Below, piece after piece: positions 27,396-39,449 of a stretch of DNA of 64,000 nucleotides (position 1 is its first letter; each line of letters starts with the position of its first letter). The stretch covers positions 941,942-1,005,941 of the forward strand of contig JBMOKY010000001.1 in NCBI GenBank assembly GCA_049325535.1, written 5' to 3'. A program made the position numbers and the translations under genes. This stretch comes from Patescibacteria group bacterium. GTDB lineage: Bacteria > Patescibacteriota > Patescibacteriia > UBA10025 > JAHIVO01. The notes beneath the pieces are model-generated. The model saw only the letters and a list, made by a program, of their open reading frames with translations. It was not told the DNA's origin and made no database searches.

Positions 27396-29192
27396 TTAGG
27401 AGACCTGCTGCAGCTCGGCGGTGAGATCAGCAAATTGATGACTCAAACGCTCCAGAAGTTCGTCCTCATGACGGGACTCTGCGAGACGCATCTGCTGCTC
27501 GATTGCTTTTAGCTGCTGCTGAATGTAGTGCCGTTTCAGCGACTGGGCTCCAATGATGATTTCATGCTCTGCCTCTGTATCGGTAAGATCCGCAGTGGTT
27601 TGGCCTGCCTTGAGCGCCAGTATATCGGCGTACGTGACCAAACTGGGATCTTCCTGGCGGAGCGGAGTGATAAAGCCCTGATAGGTGAAATTTTGATTTT
27701 CAGTATAATAAACACTGAGTAATTTGTAAAGGGAATGAAGCTTCTCATCCGGGATGTAGGCGGGCAGTACTTTTTCTACCAACGTCGGCAACACCGAGGG
27801 CCGCTCAAGGCCTATACCCACGACATGTTCGGCAACCTTGGCTGCCCGGTCAGTGGCAGGAGCGGCCGTAGCTGCTGTGGGAACATTTTTATCCGCTGTA
27901 GAACCTATCGATTGCAGCTGGCGTAATTTATCGTGGAGTGCCGCTTCATCGACATGAAGCACCTCGGCCAATTTTTGCAAATAATGAGTTTGCTCAATCG
28001 AATCGGCCAACAACGCTATCACCGGAAGGAGGATACGCGCCGTTTGTTTTTTTCCTTCTACCTGGGTGACGTCGTGCTCGGCCAGTGTGGTCGAAAAATA
28101 GTACTCCATGATGGATTGGGCGTGTGCAATTGCCTCACCCCACGCGGAGGAATTTTTCTGGATCAGTTCATCAGGATCCTTGCCCTCGGGAACGGTTATT
28201 ACCTTGGTGGTCAGGTCTTCCTGCCAGGCAACCACGATGCCGCGTTTGGCGGCGGTATCACCCGCCAGATCCTGATCAAAGGCAAATCGAACTTCAGTAG
28301 TAAATCGCTTGAGTAATTTTACCTGTTCGCTGGTCAGTGCGGTGCCGGAAGCAGCGACGACATTGGTCACACCGGCTTGATGTGATGCCAGACAGTCCAT
28401 ATACCCCTCCACTACTACCGCGAATTTTTGTTTCTTTATCTCGGTCTTTGCCTTGTCCAATCCGTAGAGCACTTGACTCTTATTATAAATCAGCGTCTGG
28501 GGAGTATTGATATACTTAGCCACGTCTTTTTCCGGCCCGAGCCACCGCCCACCAAACCCAATAATATTCCCATGATGGTCGCTGATGGGAAACATCAGGC
28601 GTTTATGGAAACGATCATTATATCCCGTGCCCCGCTCCTTCTTCACCGTCATTCCCGCTTGGAAAATATCGTCTACTTTGAAATTCTTTTTCTGCACTAA
28701 ATAGTTGTTCAGCGTATCCCAAGCATCCGGGGCATAGCCGAGCTGCCACGATTGGATTGATTCGGTTGTGACGCCACGCTTCGCCAGATAATCACGGACA
28801 AATTGAGCTTTGGGATGATCAATCAGTATGGCATGATAAAATTCAGCGGCGGCGCGGGTAATATCCTGGTACAGTGTTTTTTTATTGGCCAGCCCTGGAT
28901 CCTGATACTGCAGCTGCACCCCAGCTTTTTTTGCCAGATGACGCAAAGCCTCCGGAAACTCCATGCCTTCCATCTTCTGCACAAATCCAAATATGTCACC
29001 GCCTTCGCCGCATCCAAAGCAATGCCAGATCTGCTTATCTTTTGAGACCATGAATGACGGCGTCTTTTCTCCGTGCAGCGGACACAGCGCTTTGAAATTA
29101 TTAGTTCCGGCGGGTTTGAGTTGGATGTACTCGCCGATAACCTCGACGATGTCTAGTTTAGATTTTATTGCCTCAATGTTATCTTGAACCAT
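27396..29192 (-). CDS. dnaG: DNA primase DnaG
   Basis: Zinc-binding motif [17 protein letters not shown] with EGYMD, and the conserved dnaG-rpoD arrangement. Confidence 0.95.
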   Translation of the reverse strand: MVQDNIEAIKSKLDIVEVIGEYIQLKPAGTNNFKALCPLHGEKTPSFMVSKDKQIWHCFGCGEGGDIFGFVQKMEGMEFPEALRHLAKKAGVQLQYQDPGLANKKTLYQDITRAAAEFYHAILIDHPKAQFVRDYLAKRGVTTESIQSWQLGYAPDAWDTLNNYLVQKKNFKVDDIFQAGMTVKKERGTGYNDRFHKRLMFPISDHHGNIIGFGGRWLGPEKDVAKYINTPQTLIYNKSQVLYGLDKAKTEIKKQKFAVVVEGYMDCLASHQAGVTNVVAASGTALTSEQVKLLKRFTTEVRFAFDQDLAGDTAAKRGIVVAWQEDLTTKVITVPEGKDPDELIQKNSSAWGEAIAHAQSIMEYYFSTTLAEHDVTQVEGKKQTARILLPVIALLADSIEQTHYLQKLAEVLHVDEAALHDKLRQLQSIGSTADKNVPTAATAAPATDRAAKVAEHVVGIGLERPSVLPTLVEKVLPAYIPDEKLHSLYKLLSVYYTENQNFTYQGFITPLRQEDPSLVTYADILALKAGQTTADLTDTEAEHEIIIGAQSLKRHYIQQQLKAIEQQMRLAESRHEDELLERLSHQFADLTAELQQVS

Positions 29193-29356
29193 TAATTTTT
29201 ACGGTAATACCGCATTAATAACTGACTAAGTTTGTGTGTCTGCGAGCGACCCCGTACCAAGCGAATGATAGAGCGCTTTGGCATGGGGTCAATAGTATCT
29301 CGGGGGTATACTCGATCTATCGTACGATGGTTTAAAAAAATTCTTCATGAGCAGAG

Positions 29357-29442
29357 CGGAGAGGGAGGGATTCGAACCCTCGAACCCTTGCGGGTTACAC
29401 GCTTTCCAAGCGTGCGCACTAGACCAACTATGCGACCTCTCC
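29357..29442 (-). tRNA. tRNA-Ser (GGA)
   Basis: Hand-folded class II tRNA: acceptor GGAGAGG/CCTCTCC, anticodon stem CACGC/GCGTG with loop TTGGAAA, 16-nt variable arm, T-arm GAGGG-TTCGAAT-CCCTC, discriminator G, 86 nt. Confidence 0.9.
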
Positions 29443-29633
29443 ACACTGCTCACCAACGGTTATGAATTTTGCATCTATTACCCTGAGATACCATAGCGTC
29501 AGGACTCTCGATGAAACAAAAAGCGCTAATATTAGCACCGGATCAACATTCAATTCCGTAAAGTTCAGTATACCATAGCATTTTTCCCCCACCAAGAAAA
29601 ACCGCCAGTCCCAGCACCGCACCCCAGCGCTCG

Positions 29634-29661
29634 GGTTGACAGTACTATCAAGGAGAGTACA
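29634..29661 (+). promoter_or_regulatory. Promoter TTGACA-N16-TACAAT
   Basis: Near-consensus hexamers; RBS AGGAGG at 29675 and ATG at 29690 follow. Confidence 0.5.
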
Positions 29662-29689
29662 ATGCGGAACATACGAGGAGGGTTTGAGG

Positions 29690-29914
29690 ATGCTCTTTGT
29701 ATTAACCGCCAGCCTCACCGTTGGCACAGCTCTTATCACCCTCCCGAGTCCACCCGCAGTTACCGAACTGCCATCAGCATCCGCTCTCTGCGGAAACCAA
29801 CCCCTCCTGATCATTGATCAGCTTTGGGGATGGACCTCACATGATGCGTGTAGCATCGGATGCTGCCTGTGCAAGCGCAAACTGCACAACGTCTGGACTT
29901 CGGGATTCACCTGA
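29690..29914 (+). CDS. candidate small secreted/membrane Cys-rich protein (74 aa)
   Basis: Has its own near-consensus promoter and an AGGAGG RBS 8 nt upstream. It has a hydrophobic N-terminus (MLFVLTASLTVGTALITLP) and a C-terminal CxxxxC…CC.C cluster, with no recognisable family. Confidence 0.35.
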   Translation: MLFVLTASLTVGTALITLPSPPAVTELPSASALCGNQPLLIIDQLWGWTSHDACSIGCCLCKRKLHNVWTSGFT

Positions 29915-30217
29915 TGACGCTTGGGTGACACTATCGTTGGACGGCTTTCCCTCACGGCAAGCCGTCCTATTTTTTTCTCAAAAAATTCAGGCACTACTTA
30001 TAGTCATCAAGCCCGCCAATCAAAAAGAAATGTTACACAAAAAGAGCGAGGAGGAGCGTGCCTGAAAAGGCGCCGATGCCCACGGGAAGAGCGGAGCCGG
30101 TTGTGGGTCGGCAGCGACGACGAGCCTTTTTGAGTTAATTTCTTTGCTTTGGCGGCGTCTCTTTTCTGCCGCTTTTCTGGACGAACAGAAAAGCGGTGAA
30201 CAAGGAAAGCTAAATTC

Positions 30218-30259
30218 TGAAAAACATAAAGAATCGCCTGGCCGTTGGCCAGGCGATTC
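30218..30259 (-). terminator. Rho-independent terminator after ppsA (13-bp stem GAATCGCCTGGCC/GGCCAGGCGATTC, T-rich tail)
   Basis: Seen directly; it could also act on plus-strand transcripts. Confidence 0.75.
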
Positions 30260-30286
30260 TTCGTTCCACTCAGAGTGACAATCGAT

Positions 30287-32698
30287 TTATTTCCGGCTAC
30301 CCTTTTCAGCCTTGGCGATCGCCACCATAGTGCTGAGAATCGTATCCGGATTCAGGGAAATGCTATCAATCCCCTGCTTGACCAGAAAAGCGGCAAAGTC
30401 GGGAAAGTCAGATGGCGCCTGGCCACAAATACCGATATCCCGTTTGTACTGCTTGGCAGTTTTAATCACCATGGTGACGAGGCGCTTGACTGCCTCATTC
30501 TTTTCATTGCCCACATGGGCAATGATGCCTGAATCGCGATCCAAGCCGAGGGTTAGTTGGGTCAGATCATTTGAACCAATGGAGAAGCCGTCAAAAATCT
30601 TTGAGAATTGGTCAGCCAGGATGACATTGGACGGGATCTCACACATGACGTACACCTCGAGGCCGTTCACGTGCTGTTTCAGGCCATTATCCGCCATGGC
30701 TTGGATGACTTTCTTGCCTTCGTCCACGGTACGGCAGAACGGTACCATCACTTTCACATTACGCAATCCCATCTCCTCGCGCACCCGTTTCAATGCTTGG
30801 CACTCCAGGTCGAATGCCGGGCGGTATTCCGGATCGTAGTAGCGGGACGCGCCGCGCCAGCCAATCATCGGATTGCGCTCCTCGGGTTCAAACTGCTTGC
30901 CACCGATCAGTTCAGCATATTCATTTGACCGGAAATCGGCCAGCCGGACGATCACCTCGCGCGGGTAGAATGCCGCTGCTATGGTTGCTATGCCGTAGGC
31001 AAGCTTATCAATGTAGTATTTCTTCTTATCAGCATACCCGACGGTCAGGGCATCGATCTGACGTTTGGCTGCCTGGTCTTTCAGCTGAGCATAATTGACC
31101 AAGGCCATCGGGTGGATCTTGATATACGAATTGATGATAAATTCCTCACGAGCCAAACCCACGCCGTCATTGGGTATCTGTGAGGTAGAGAAAGCCAGCT
31201 CTGGTGTGCCAAAAATCATTTTGACCTTAGTGCGCTTCGGGCGTGGCAAATTCTTGATATTGGTGCGGCGGACGGAGAAGGGTAATTTGCCCGCATAGAC
31301 ATTCCCCACATCTCCTTCGGCACAGCTGACGGTAATCGTAGAATTATGCGGAATTTTTTTGGTGGCACCATCAGCACCGACGATGGCCGGGATGCCGAGC
31401 TCACGGGAAACGATTGCAGCATGGGAGGTACGACCACCCTCGTTGGTCACAATCGCCGAAGCGATTTTCATAATCGGCTCCCAGTCCGGATCGGTCATCT
31501 GTGTTACCAGCACGTCGCCTTTTTTGAAATCATGGATACTGCGTACATCTTTGACCACGTTGGCTCGGCCGGAGCCGATCTTCGCACCCACTGGCGAACC
31601 ACTGACCAGGAGCTTACCCTTCTTCTTCAGAGTGTACGCCTCAAGGACATTGACGTCACGCTGGGATACCACCGTCTCAGGTCGCGCTTGAACGATAAAT
31701 AATTTTCCCGTGACGCCGTCCTTAGCCCATTCCATGTCCATGGGTTTGAAATGCCCGGCTTCCTTCGAATAGTGATCTTCGATGATAGATGCCCACTTCG
31801 CCAGTTTCAGAACTTCCGCATCAGTAATACAATACCGCATCCGATCGGCTGTCGGCACCGGGATATTTTTCGTGGGTGTGGCGCCGGTGGAATAGATCAT
31901 CTTGATCTTCTTAGTACCCAGCATTTTTGAAACTATCGGTTTGAAACCTTGCTTCAGGGTTGGTTTGTGTACATAGAATTCATCGGGACTGACTGCGCCC
32001 TGTACCACGTTTTCGCCCAATCCATAGGCGGCATTTATCAGCACCATGTCTTTGTGGCCGGACTCCGTATCGATCGAGAACATGACGCCTGAGGCACCTT
32101 TGTCCGAGCGCACCATTTTCTGGACGGCAATTGAGAGCCCAATAGAGAAATGGTCAAAATGCTTGTCTTCACGATAGGAAATCGCTCGATCGGTAAATAA
32201 CGAGGCGAAGCATTTTTTGCACGCCTCAAGCAATGCCTCGGCACCGCGGATATTCAAATAGGTTTCCTGCTGGCCGGCAAATGACGCATCGGGTAAATCT
32301 TCTGCGGTGGCCGATGAACGGACAGCCACGTCCACATTTTTACCATATTGCTTTTCTAGCGTCCGGTAGTTGGCGACGATAATGTCTTTTAAGTCTTTGG
32401 GAAAGGTGGTATTGAGAATCAACTGACGGACTTTCTTACCGTGCGCCTGCAAGTTACGCAGGTTGTGGGTGTCTAAATCTTTCAGTACTCGCTTGATATC
32501 ATCGCGGATGCCCTGCTCTTCGAGTAAATAAAAATACGCCGCGGCAGTGATGGCGTATCCATTGGGAATTGAAACTTTCTGTTTCGTCAGCTTACGGTAC
32601 ATTTCGCCGAGGGAGGCGTTTTTCCCACCAACCAAGGGAACGTCCTTGATTCCTAATTCATTAAACCAGAGTACGAGTGCCTTTGATCGTGCTGACAT
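30287..32698 (-). CDS. ppsA: phosphoenolpyruvate synthase (pyruvate, water dikinase)
   Basis: 803 aa with an N-terminal ATP-grasp (MSARSKALVLWFNELGIKDVPLVGGKNASLGEM), a phosphohistidine domain (TNEGGRTSHAAIVSRELGIPAIVG) and a C-terminal PEP-utilising TIM barrel. Confidence 0.95.
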   Translation of the reverse strand: MSARSKALVLWFNELGIKDVPLVGGKNASLGEMYRKLTKQKVSIPNGYAITAAAYFYLLEEQGIRDDIKRVLKDLDTHNLRNLQAHGKKVRQLILNTTFPKDLKDIIVANYRTLEKQYGKNVDVAVRSSATAEDLPDASFAGQQETYLNIRGAEALLEACKKCFASLFTDRAISYREDKHFDHFSIGLSIAVQKMVRSDKGASGVMFSIDTESGHKDMVLINAAYGLGENVVQGAVSPDEFYVHKPTLKQGFKPIVSKMLGTKKIKMIYSTGATPTKNIPVPTADRMRYCITDAEVLKLAKWASIIEDHYSKEAGHFKPMDMEWAKDGVTGKLFIVQARPETVVSQRDVNVLEAYTLKKKGKLLVSGSPVGAKIGSGRANVVKDVRSIHDFKKGDVLVTQMTDPDWEPIMKIASAIVTNEGGRTSHAAIVSRELGIPAIVGADGATKKIPHNSTITVSCAEGDVGNVYAGKLPFSVRRTNIKNLPRPKRTKVKMIFGTPELAFSTSQIPNDGVGLAREEFIINSYIKIHPMALVNYAQLKDQAAKRQIDALTVGYADKKKYYIDKLAYGIATIAAAFYPREVIVRLADFRSNEYAELIGGKQFEPEERNPMIGWRGASRYYDPEYRPAFDLECQALKRVREEMGLRNVKVMVPFCRTVDEGKKVIQAMADNGLKQHVNGLEVYVMCEIPSNVILADQFSKIFDGFSIGSNDLTQLTLGLDRDSGIIAHVGNEKNEAVKRLVTMVIKTAKQYKRDIGICGQAPSDFPDFAAFLVKQGIDSISLNPDTILSTMVAIAKAEKGSRK

Positions 32699-32872
32699 AA
32701 AAAATTTTTTCCGTTTAATGATATATTGTATTCACAGTATAACACAAAAAGCCCGGAAAATCAATCCCTCATCTAACTTGCCAACTCACCCTACAATCAT
32801 GTCTACAAATAAAAAAGGCTTGGACTCATAGGAGTCCAAGCCTTTGACTGATCGACGAGCGTGATGAAAATG

Positions 32873-33787
32873 TTACGCCACGACTTTTTTCTTGTCCTGA
32901 TCATACTTGATCGGGCCAAAGCCGGCGTTCTTCCGTGCTTCCTCCAACTGTGTACGCGCTTGCTGCAGCTTCCGCGACCGGACAGGCTTCCCGTCAGACA
33001 TGTCGATATCCTTCATACCATAGATGACTCGCGCAGCGTTAGCGTTCGCCTCGGCAAGCACCTGCAGCTGTTCATCGGCGCGCTCACGGCGCGCTTGAAT
33101 ATCCAGCATCACCTGCCGGAACCGGTCAGAGAGATTGACGTTCCACCGGTTGAACGAAGCCGCAAATGCCTGGCTATCCCGGGCGGATACATACGCCTCC
33201 CAGAAGTCGCTCATCAGCTGCACCGGTATCTTGCCCCACGGATAATACTCGGGGTTACCATATGTCAGCAACTCGTCCGGCAAATCGGTGAGGCAATGCA
33301 CGCAACGGCCATCAGAGTATGGATAAAACCCCGACGTTTCAAAACCGACCGACTTGATGTTGTGCCATGTGCGCTGGTCATACGGTAATTTGGATGACCA
33401 GTGTAGAGTCACTTGCTGACGGTACCCGACCAACGGCTCAGCGATGGTCCACTGTCCGAAATGGTCGAAATAAATCACTGTGACGCGGCGGCAGTGATTG
33501 CACGTGACAATCACTCCGGGCCTCCGATGGTGGTACCAGTCGAACTCGTCCCCCTCAAACTTCCGTTTGACCGTAATGGTATTGTGCACCGTATCGACGT
33601 CGCACTCGATACCAATCGCTGACACTGTGAACCCATGCTCAGTAGCATGCTGGTCGCTTTTGTGGCGACTTTTCTTGGTGATAGAGCCGAAGCCCCACCG
33701 CTGCTGATCCGAACACCGATTAGCGCGGATGGTGATGGTTTGCGGAAATGTGACTTCCCGTTTCTGCTGTTCCTTCTGTGAACACAT
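32873..33787 (-). CDS. hypothetical protein with two CxHC-type metal-binding pairs (possible HNH-like or zinc-ribbon core) and C-terminal coiled coil
   Basis: Start at an internal ATG with a strong AAGGAG RBS 7 nt upstream (the ORF track start 34030 is unlikely). The motifs are TCNHC…DH…WHN…CVHC, and the C-terminal ~90 aa are charged and helical. Confidence 0.55.
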   Translation of the reverse strand: MCSQKEQQKREVTFPQTITIRANRCSDQQRWGFGSITKKSRHKSDQHATEHGFTVSAIGIECDVDTVHNTITVKRKFEGDEFDWYHHRRPGVIVTCNHCRRVTVIYFDHFGQWTIAEPLVGYRQQVTLHWSSKLPYDQRTWHNIKSVGFETSGFYPYSDGRCVHCLTDLPDELLTYGNPEYYPWGKIPVQLMSDFWEAYVSARDSQAFAASFNRWNVNLSDRFRQVMLDIQARRERADEQLQVLAEANANAARVIYGMKDIDMSDGKPVRSRKLQQARTQLEEARKNAGFGPIKYDQDKKKVVA

Positions 33788-34011
33788 GATACAACTCCTT
33801 CTTGTTCCGTCCTTCCCATGCCTATTGCAGATGGGCTGAACCACAAGCTGAAGATTGTCCCTCAGGCGATATGCCCCTGACTGGATCACCGATGTGTGAC
33901 CCCGCAGGACTCCGTTCTGGAGTTGAGGTAATACGCTCATTTTATCAATGAACAAAAACGAACCAGACATGCTACCATACCATGGGCTTTTTGTCAAGGG
34001 TTTTGCGCGAA

Positions 34012-34042
34012 CATACAAAAAGCCCGGCATAACACCGGGCTT
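34012..34042 (-). terminator. Rho-independent terminator (AAGCCCGG…CCGGGCTT, T-run on minus strand)
   Basis: Follows the DUF4870 gene. Confidence 0.65.
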
Positions 34043-34080
34043 CTTTCAAATGCCATTTGCTATAAGCTATCAACCATCTG

Positions 34081-34401
34081 CTACATCTTGATCTTCTCTG
34101 CCAGATCTCCTACGACCGGCACCTTATACCGCTCGCCGGACAACGCTTTGATGAATCCGATTATTTCCAGAACTGCCACGACCATCCAAATAATCCAGCC
34201 GATCACCGGGATGATACCAACCCAAGAAAATAAAAATAGTATCACGCCTTGTTTGGCATGGAATTTCACGAACTCGTCGTCCTTTTTCACGATAAGCATA
34301 ACAATGCTCAAAACCCACACATACGACAGTGCGGCCATCAGATTGCTGTCTGAATTACCGGACATTGGTTTTTGAGTTTCAGGTTGTTTTTGTTCGTCCA
34401 T
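34081..34401 (-). CDS. DUF4870 family membrane protein
   Basis: Start at MDEQKQ… with a GGAGG RBS; the motif ALSYVWVLSIVMLIVKKDDEFVKFHAKQG is typical of DUF4870. Confidence 0.7.
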   Translation of the reverse strand: MDEQKQPETQKPMSGNSDSNLMAALSYVWVLSIVMLIVKKDDEFVKFHAKQGVILFLFSWVGIIPVIGWIIWMVVAVLEIIGFIKALSGERYKVPVVGDLAEKIKM

Positions 34402-34876
34402 AGATGCCACCTCCTTTCGTGTCGGATCGTTCTCGTTTGTGTATACTATTTCGGAATACGAGATACCCGGCACATCCCACCGCCATGCTGATCCCTCCGA
34501 GAATACAGGGCATGCGTACCACATTCAGGATGTACCACCACTGATGGTACCATATGATATCAAAAATTGCGAGAGTGCCGCCGGCCAGCACACCCATCAT
34601 GGTACCAGCCACTGCCGCGCCTATCAGTGAATCGCGTCCCCGCCGTGCCAGTAGCCAGGCCAGCGCTACGGCGATGAGGACTGTCGCCACATAGCGCCCC
34701 CAAGGAGAAATACGAAATGTAGAATTAATAATTGCCAGCACCACCAATGCCACCACAAACCAGCGTACCGTTTGCCAATAATACGCCAGGCTCTTACCCG
34801 CAATCAACGCTTGTTCGGCCGGTGCGGCGGGCATGGTAGTTTGGACAGGATTATCATTCATAGAAATCGTTGTCAC
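34379..34876 (-). CDS. hypothetical polytopic membrane protein
   Basis: 165 aa with 4 predicted TM and no motif recognised. Confidence 0.45.
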   Translation of the reverse strand: MTTISMNDNPVQTTMPAAPAEQALIAGKSLAYYWQTVRWFVVALVVLAIINSTFRISPWGRYVATVLIAVALAWLLARRGRDSLIGAAVAGTMMGVLAGGTLAIFDIIWYHQWWYILNVVRMPCILGGISMAVGCAGYLVFRNSIHKRERSDTKGGGIYGRTKTT

Positions 34877-34899
34877 AGCTGTCTATAGTATAGCGCGAA

Positions 34900-34942
34900 T
34901 TGGATAAAACCAAAAACCCCCGTCTGTTTCCATTCGGGGGTT
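34900..34942 (-). terminator. groESL operon terminator (AACCCCCG…CGGGGGTT hairpin plus U-tract)
   Basis: A second, weaker hairpin (35017..35047) lies directly after the groEL stop. Confidence 0.7.
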
Positions 34943-35050
34943 TTCTTATTTTCTCTGGAGCATGCCGAGCTTCGGATTTATTCCGAGCGAGGCATACTGC
35001 TGAAGGGAAAAGATGTAATGAAGGAAAACCGAAGGTGTTCCTTCATTAAT

Positions 35051-36721
<1,671 letters not shown>

Positions 36722-36728
36722 CTAGAGG

Positions 36729-37004
36729 TTACTCGACTTGAGCGAGCACATCCTCTTCTTTGAGTACTTTATATTCGATGTCTTCCAGGGTTACCTCTTC
36801 GCCTGAGTATTTCCCGAAAATGACCCGATCCCCGGCCTTCAGACCGAGCTTGGTGATTTTTTCGCCATCGCCGATAGCGACGACTTCGCCCTCTTCTTTC
36901 TTTTCTTTTTCCACGGTCTCAGGAAGGACGATACCCGATTTTGTGACCTCTTCTTCGGTTACCGGTTTGACAATAATCCGGTCACCCAATGGTTTGAGTT
37001 GCAT
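36729..37004 (-). CDS. groS: co-chaperonin GroES
   Basis: 91 aa, MQLKPLGDRIIVKP…. Confidence 0.95.
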   Translation of the reverse strand: MQLKPLGDRIIVKPVTEEEVTKSGIVLPETVEKEKKEEGEVVAIGDGEKITKLGLKAGDRVIFGKYSGEEVTLEDIEYKVLKEEDVLAQVE

Positions 37005-37096
37005 AGTTTGAAGCTACTCTTAATTATTATTAGATTTAGCACTCTATTAATCTGAGTGCTAATACATTATAGCAATGCTTTTTTTACTGTCAAGCA

Positions 37097-38428
37097 CTAA
37101 TCAGTACCCTGGGAACAATGTGAATATTTACGTAACCATAGCCCAAAAATTAGCCAAAACAAAAAGATTCCGGATGATAACGTCCAGAAATAATGTTCAA
37201 AAAAACCGATAACCACAGTGCCAAATACAGTAAATGAGAAAGCGTACAACACGTGGGAATTGCGCATAGCTGTGCCACAGGCGCGGATGACGTCCCACAG
37301 AAACTGCCCAATAATTACCACAAACAGCAAACCTCCGATCAAGCCGATTTCGCTGGCAATCAATAATACGAGATTGTGGACCGGCTGATAGTCCCACGAT
37401 TCCCGTGTCCGGTCATAGAGATAGGCCGCGTACGTACTGCCGCCAATGCCGACCCCGCTCACCCAATGATCCCGGGTCATCACCCGCGTCTGGTCTACGA
37501 GTGAAAGTCGCTCAGTAGCCGACATCTCCTCTAGGCGGCCGCCACCCACGGTCCGGGTCTGGATCAATTCGGGAAACATGGTCAAACAAAAAACGGAAAC
37601 CAGGACCATCCACAGTACGACCGACCCCATGATTTTCAGCCGATGTGAAGCACGGAACCACACGGCGTGGATCAGCATGCCGACGACACAGACACCCATG
37701 GCCAGCCAGGCGGAACGCGAGAATGTCAAAATTAATCCGTAAAACGTTACCGTAAACCCGATGACCGTGGGCAAAATGACCCGGAGCGAAGGTTTGGATT
37801 GCTGATGAAGTCGGATGAGCGCCCCGATACAGACGATGAGACAGACAACTAAAAAACCAGCGAGGATATTCGGGTGGGGAAATGACCCATACGCGCGCAA
37901 AAAACGACCCGTGGCCGTTTCCACCACCGCATCGCCGAGAATGCCCGGAGCATGGGCGGCCATCCCCAACCAGGTATGAGCGGGGATGGACTGGGTAAAA
38001 AACTGTACAATCGCCATGACCGACTGCAGCGTACCCGCGGCAATAACCGCTCCACTCAACAGCGCCCAACGCACCGGAATGACACTAACAATCCATACTA
38101 AGGACATGCCCTGCAGCAGCTTAATCAGCGCGTACCAAGATACGTCATGATGAAGCGAAGCCACCGCGGAAACAAAGGCAATGGCAGCAAAGGCCGTGAG
38201 TGTCACCGACCAGCGCCGGACTGTTTGCGACAGCGGCTGTCGGATAATCACCGCCGCGATGAAAAGCGCCACCCAGAGGATATCGGTGCCATACAGACTG
38301 AACCGGCCGTATTCCCACACGCCACTGCTCAGCGGATGTTCCTGCCATATCCACCGCGTCTGCCAGGGTATCATAAAAACAAAGAGAGCCAGTAGATACG
38401 GACTGAATCTGCCGATGAGTCGTTTCAT
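37097..38428 (-). CDS. O-antigen ligase / Wzy_C family membrane protein
   Basis: 443 aa with ~10-12 TM and the characteristic …FSRSAWLAMG… loop motif. Confidence 0.8.
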   Translation of the reverse strand: MKRLIGRFSPYLLALFVFMIPWQTRWIWQEHPLSSGVWEYGRFSLYGTDILWVALFIAAVIIRQPLSQTVRRWSVTLTAFAAIAFVSAVASLHHDVSWYALIKLLQGMSLVWIVSVIPVRWALLSGAVIAAGTLQSVMAIVQFFTQSIPAHTWLGMAAHAPGILGDAVVETATGRFLRAYGSFPHPNILAGFLVVCLIVCIGALIRLHQQSKPSLRVILPTVIGFTVTFYGLILTFSRSAWLAMGVCVVGMLIHAVWFRASHRLKIMGSVVLWMVLVSVFCLTMFPELIQTRTVGGGRLEEMSATERLSLVDQTRVMTRDHWVSGVGIGGSTYAAYLYDRTRESWDYQPVHNLVLLIASEIGLIGGLLFVVIIGQFLWDVIRACGTAMRNSHVLYAFSFTVFGTVVIGFFEHYFWTLSSGIFLFWLIFGLWLRKYSHCSQGTD

Positions 38429-39354
38429 ACGATATGAGCTACCCGATTACGCCACTCGGATAAATACTGCTGCCGCCGGTCGGTATCGTGAAATTTGAGC
38501 ATCGAATCCTGAACCACTACCCGACTATCCTGATTGGCCATGGATCGCAGTCGGGGCGGCATGATCCGCAGCTGATACCGCCTGAATACCGACTCGGGGA
38601 TCAGCCCGCCAACAAATTCAATCAGCCGATGGAGCCAGGGTACTGAAACCACCCGACGGCGGCTGGGTAGACTCATCGGCCGGACCTGCGGCAGCCGTTG
38701 GCGAATCCAGCGATTTGCCTCGAGAAAATCCTGGTACACCCCACGGTCAAACACCGGAACCACCTGACTGACCCAATACTGGAGATAGATGTCCTGCGGC
38801 AGGGCCAACGGTTCCAAATTCAGATGGTTGGTATCAGTAAAAAAAGAAGCACAAAGGGCGTCCTCGGTATGTCCCGGGGTCGGTCGGAGCTTAAAAAATT
38901 TGAGGAAACCGGCCACCCAAAACCGCGCCTGCCAGATACGGCCAGGACTAGTGACGATAAACAGGTCGATGTCAGCGGTACGACGGCTGTTGCTGTAGGC
39001 CAGCGTATTGCACACGGCAATCATACGGACAAACGGTGCGAAACGGAGCACGCGGATAAATTGTATGGCACGATGATATTTTCGTTCAGCCAATCGGTAG
39101 CGATCCAACCGCGTAACGGCTAGTTCTGCGCGGCCAGGTAATGCGTAAAACCCCCATTGCTCAGACAGCCGCCCATTGGTTTTCAATACTTCCAGCTGCT
39201 GAACGACCTCCGCTAATCCAGCCTTCCGTAATCTATCGTCTGTCTGCTGTTGACTCACATACAACCACCGCCATACTTCCATCGGCGTCAGCGGATAATC
39301 AAACACGTCGAAATACGCAAGAGTTATCAGGATGGCTTGTTCCAGTGAATTCAT
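38425..39354 (-). CDS. hypothetical protein, possible nucleotidyltransferase-fold (LicD/fukutin-like) surface-glycan-modifying enzyme
   Basis: Start placed at MNSLEQ… (internal ATG). A …AVCNTLAYSNSRRTADIDLFIVT… stretch resembles the hG[GS]x9-13Dh[DE]h signature of pol-beta/LicD-type NTases. It overlaps the O-antigen ligase gene by 4 nt. Confidence 0.5.
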   Translation of the reverse strand: MNSLEQAILITLAYFDVFDYPLTPMEVWRWLYVSQQQTDDRLRKAGLAEVVQQLEVLKTNGRLSEQWGFYALPGRAELAVTRLDRYRLAERKYHRAIQFIRVLRFAPFVRMIAVCNTLAYSNSRRTADIDLFIVTSPGRIWQARFWVAGFLKFFKLRPTPGHTEDALCASFFTDTNHLNLEPLALPQDIYLQYWVSQVVPVFDRGVYQDFLEANRWIRQRLPQVRPMSLPSRRRVVSVPWLHRLIEFVGGLIPESVFRRYQLRIMPPRLRSMANQDSRVVVQDSMLKFHDTDRRQQYLSEWRNRVAHIV

Positions 39355-39449
39355 ACAGTAGCAGTATACCTGCAATCTCTGGATAAAAAAAGCCGAGAAC
39401 AGTGGTGTGTGTCCCCGGCATGAGAGTGAGCAAGGCAGGCACGAGACGG

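Noticed and set aside
37512-38069. 185-aa ORF within the O-antigen ligase gene
   Set aside because: It is an alternative frame of a confidently assigned membrane protein, with Arg/Gly/Cys-rich nonsense composition.
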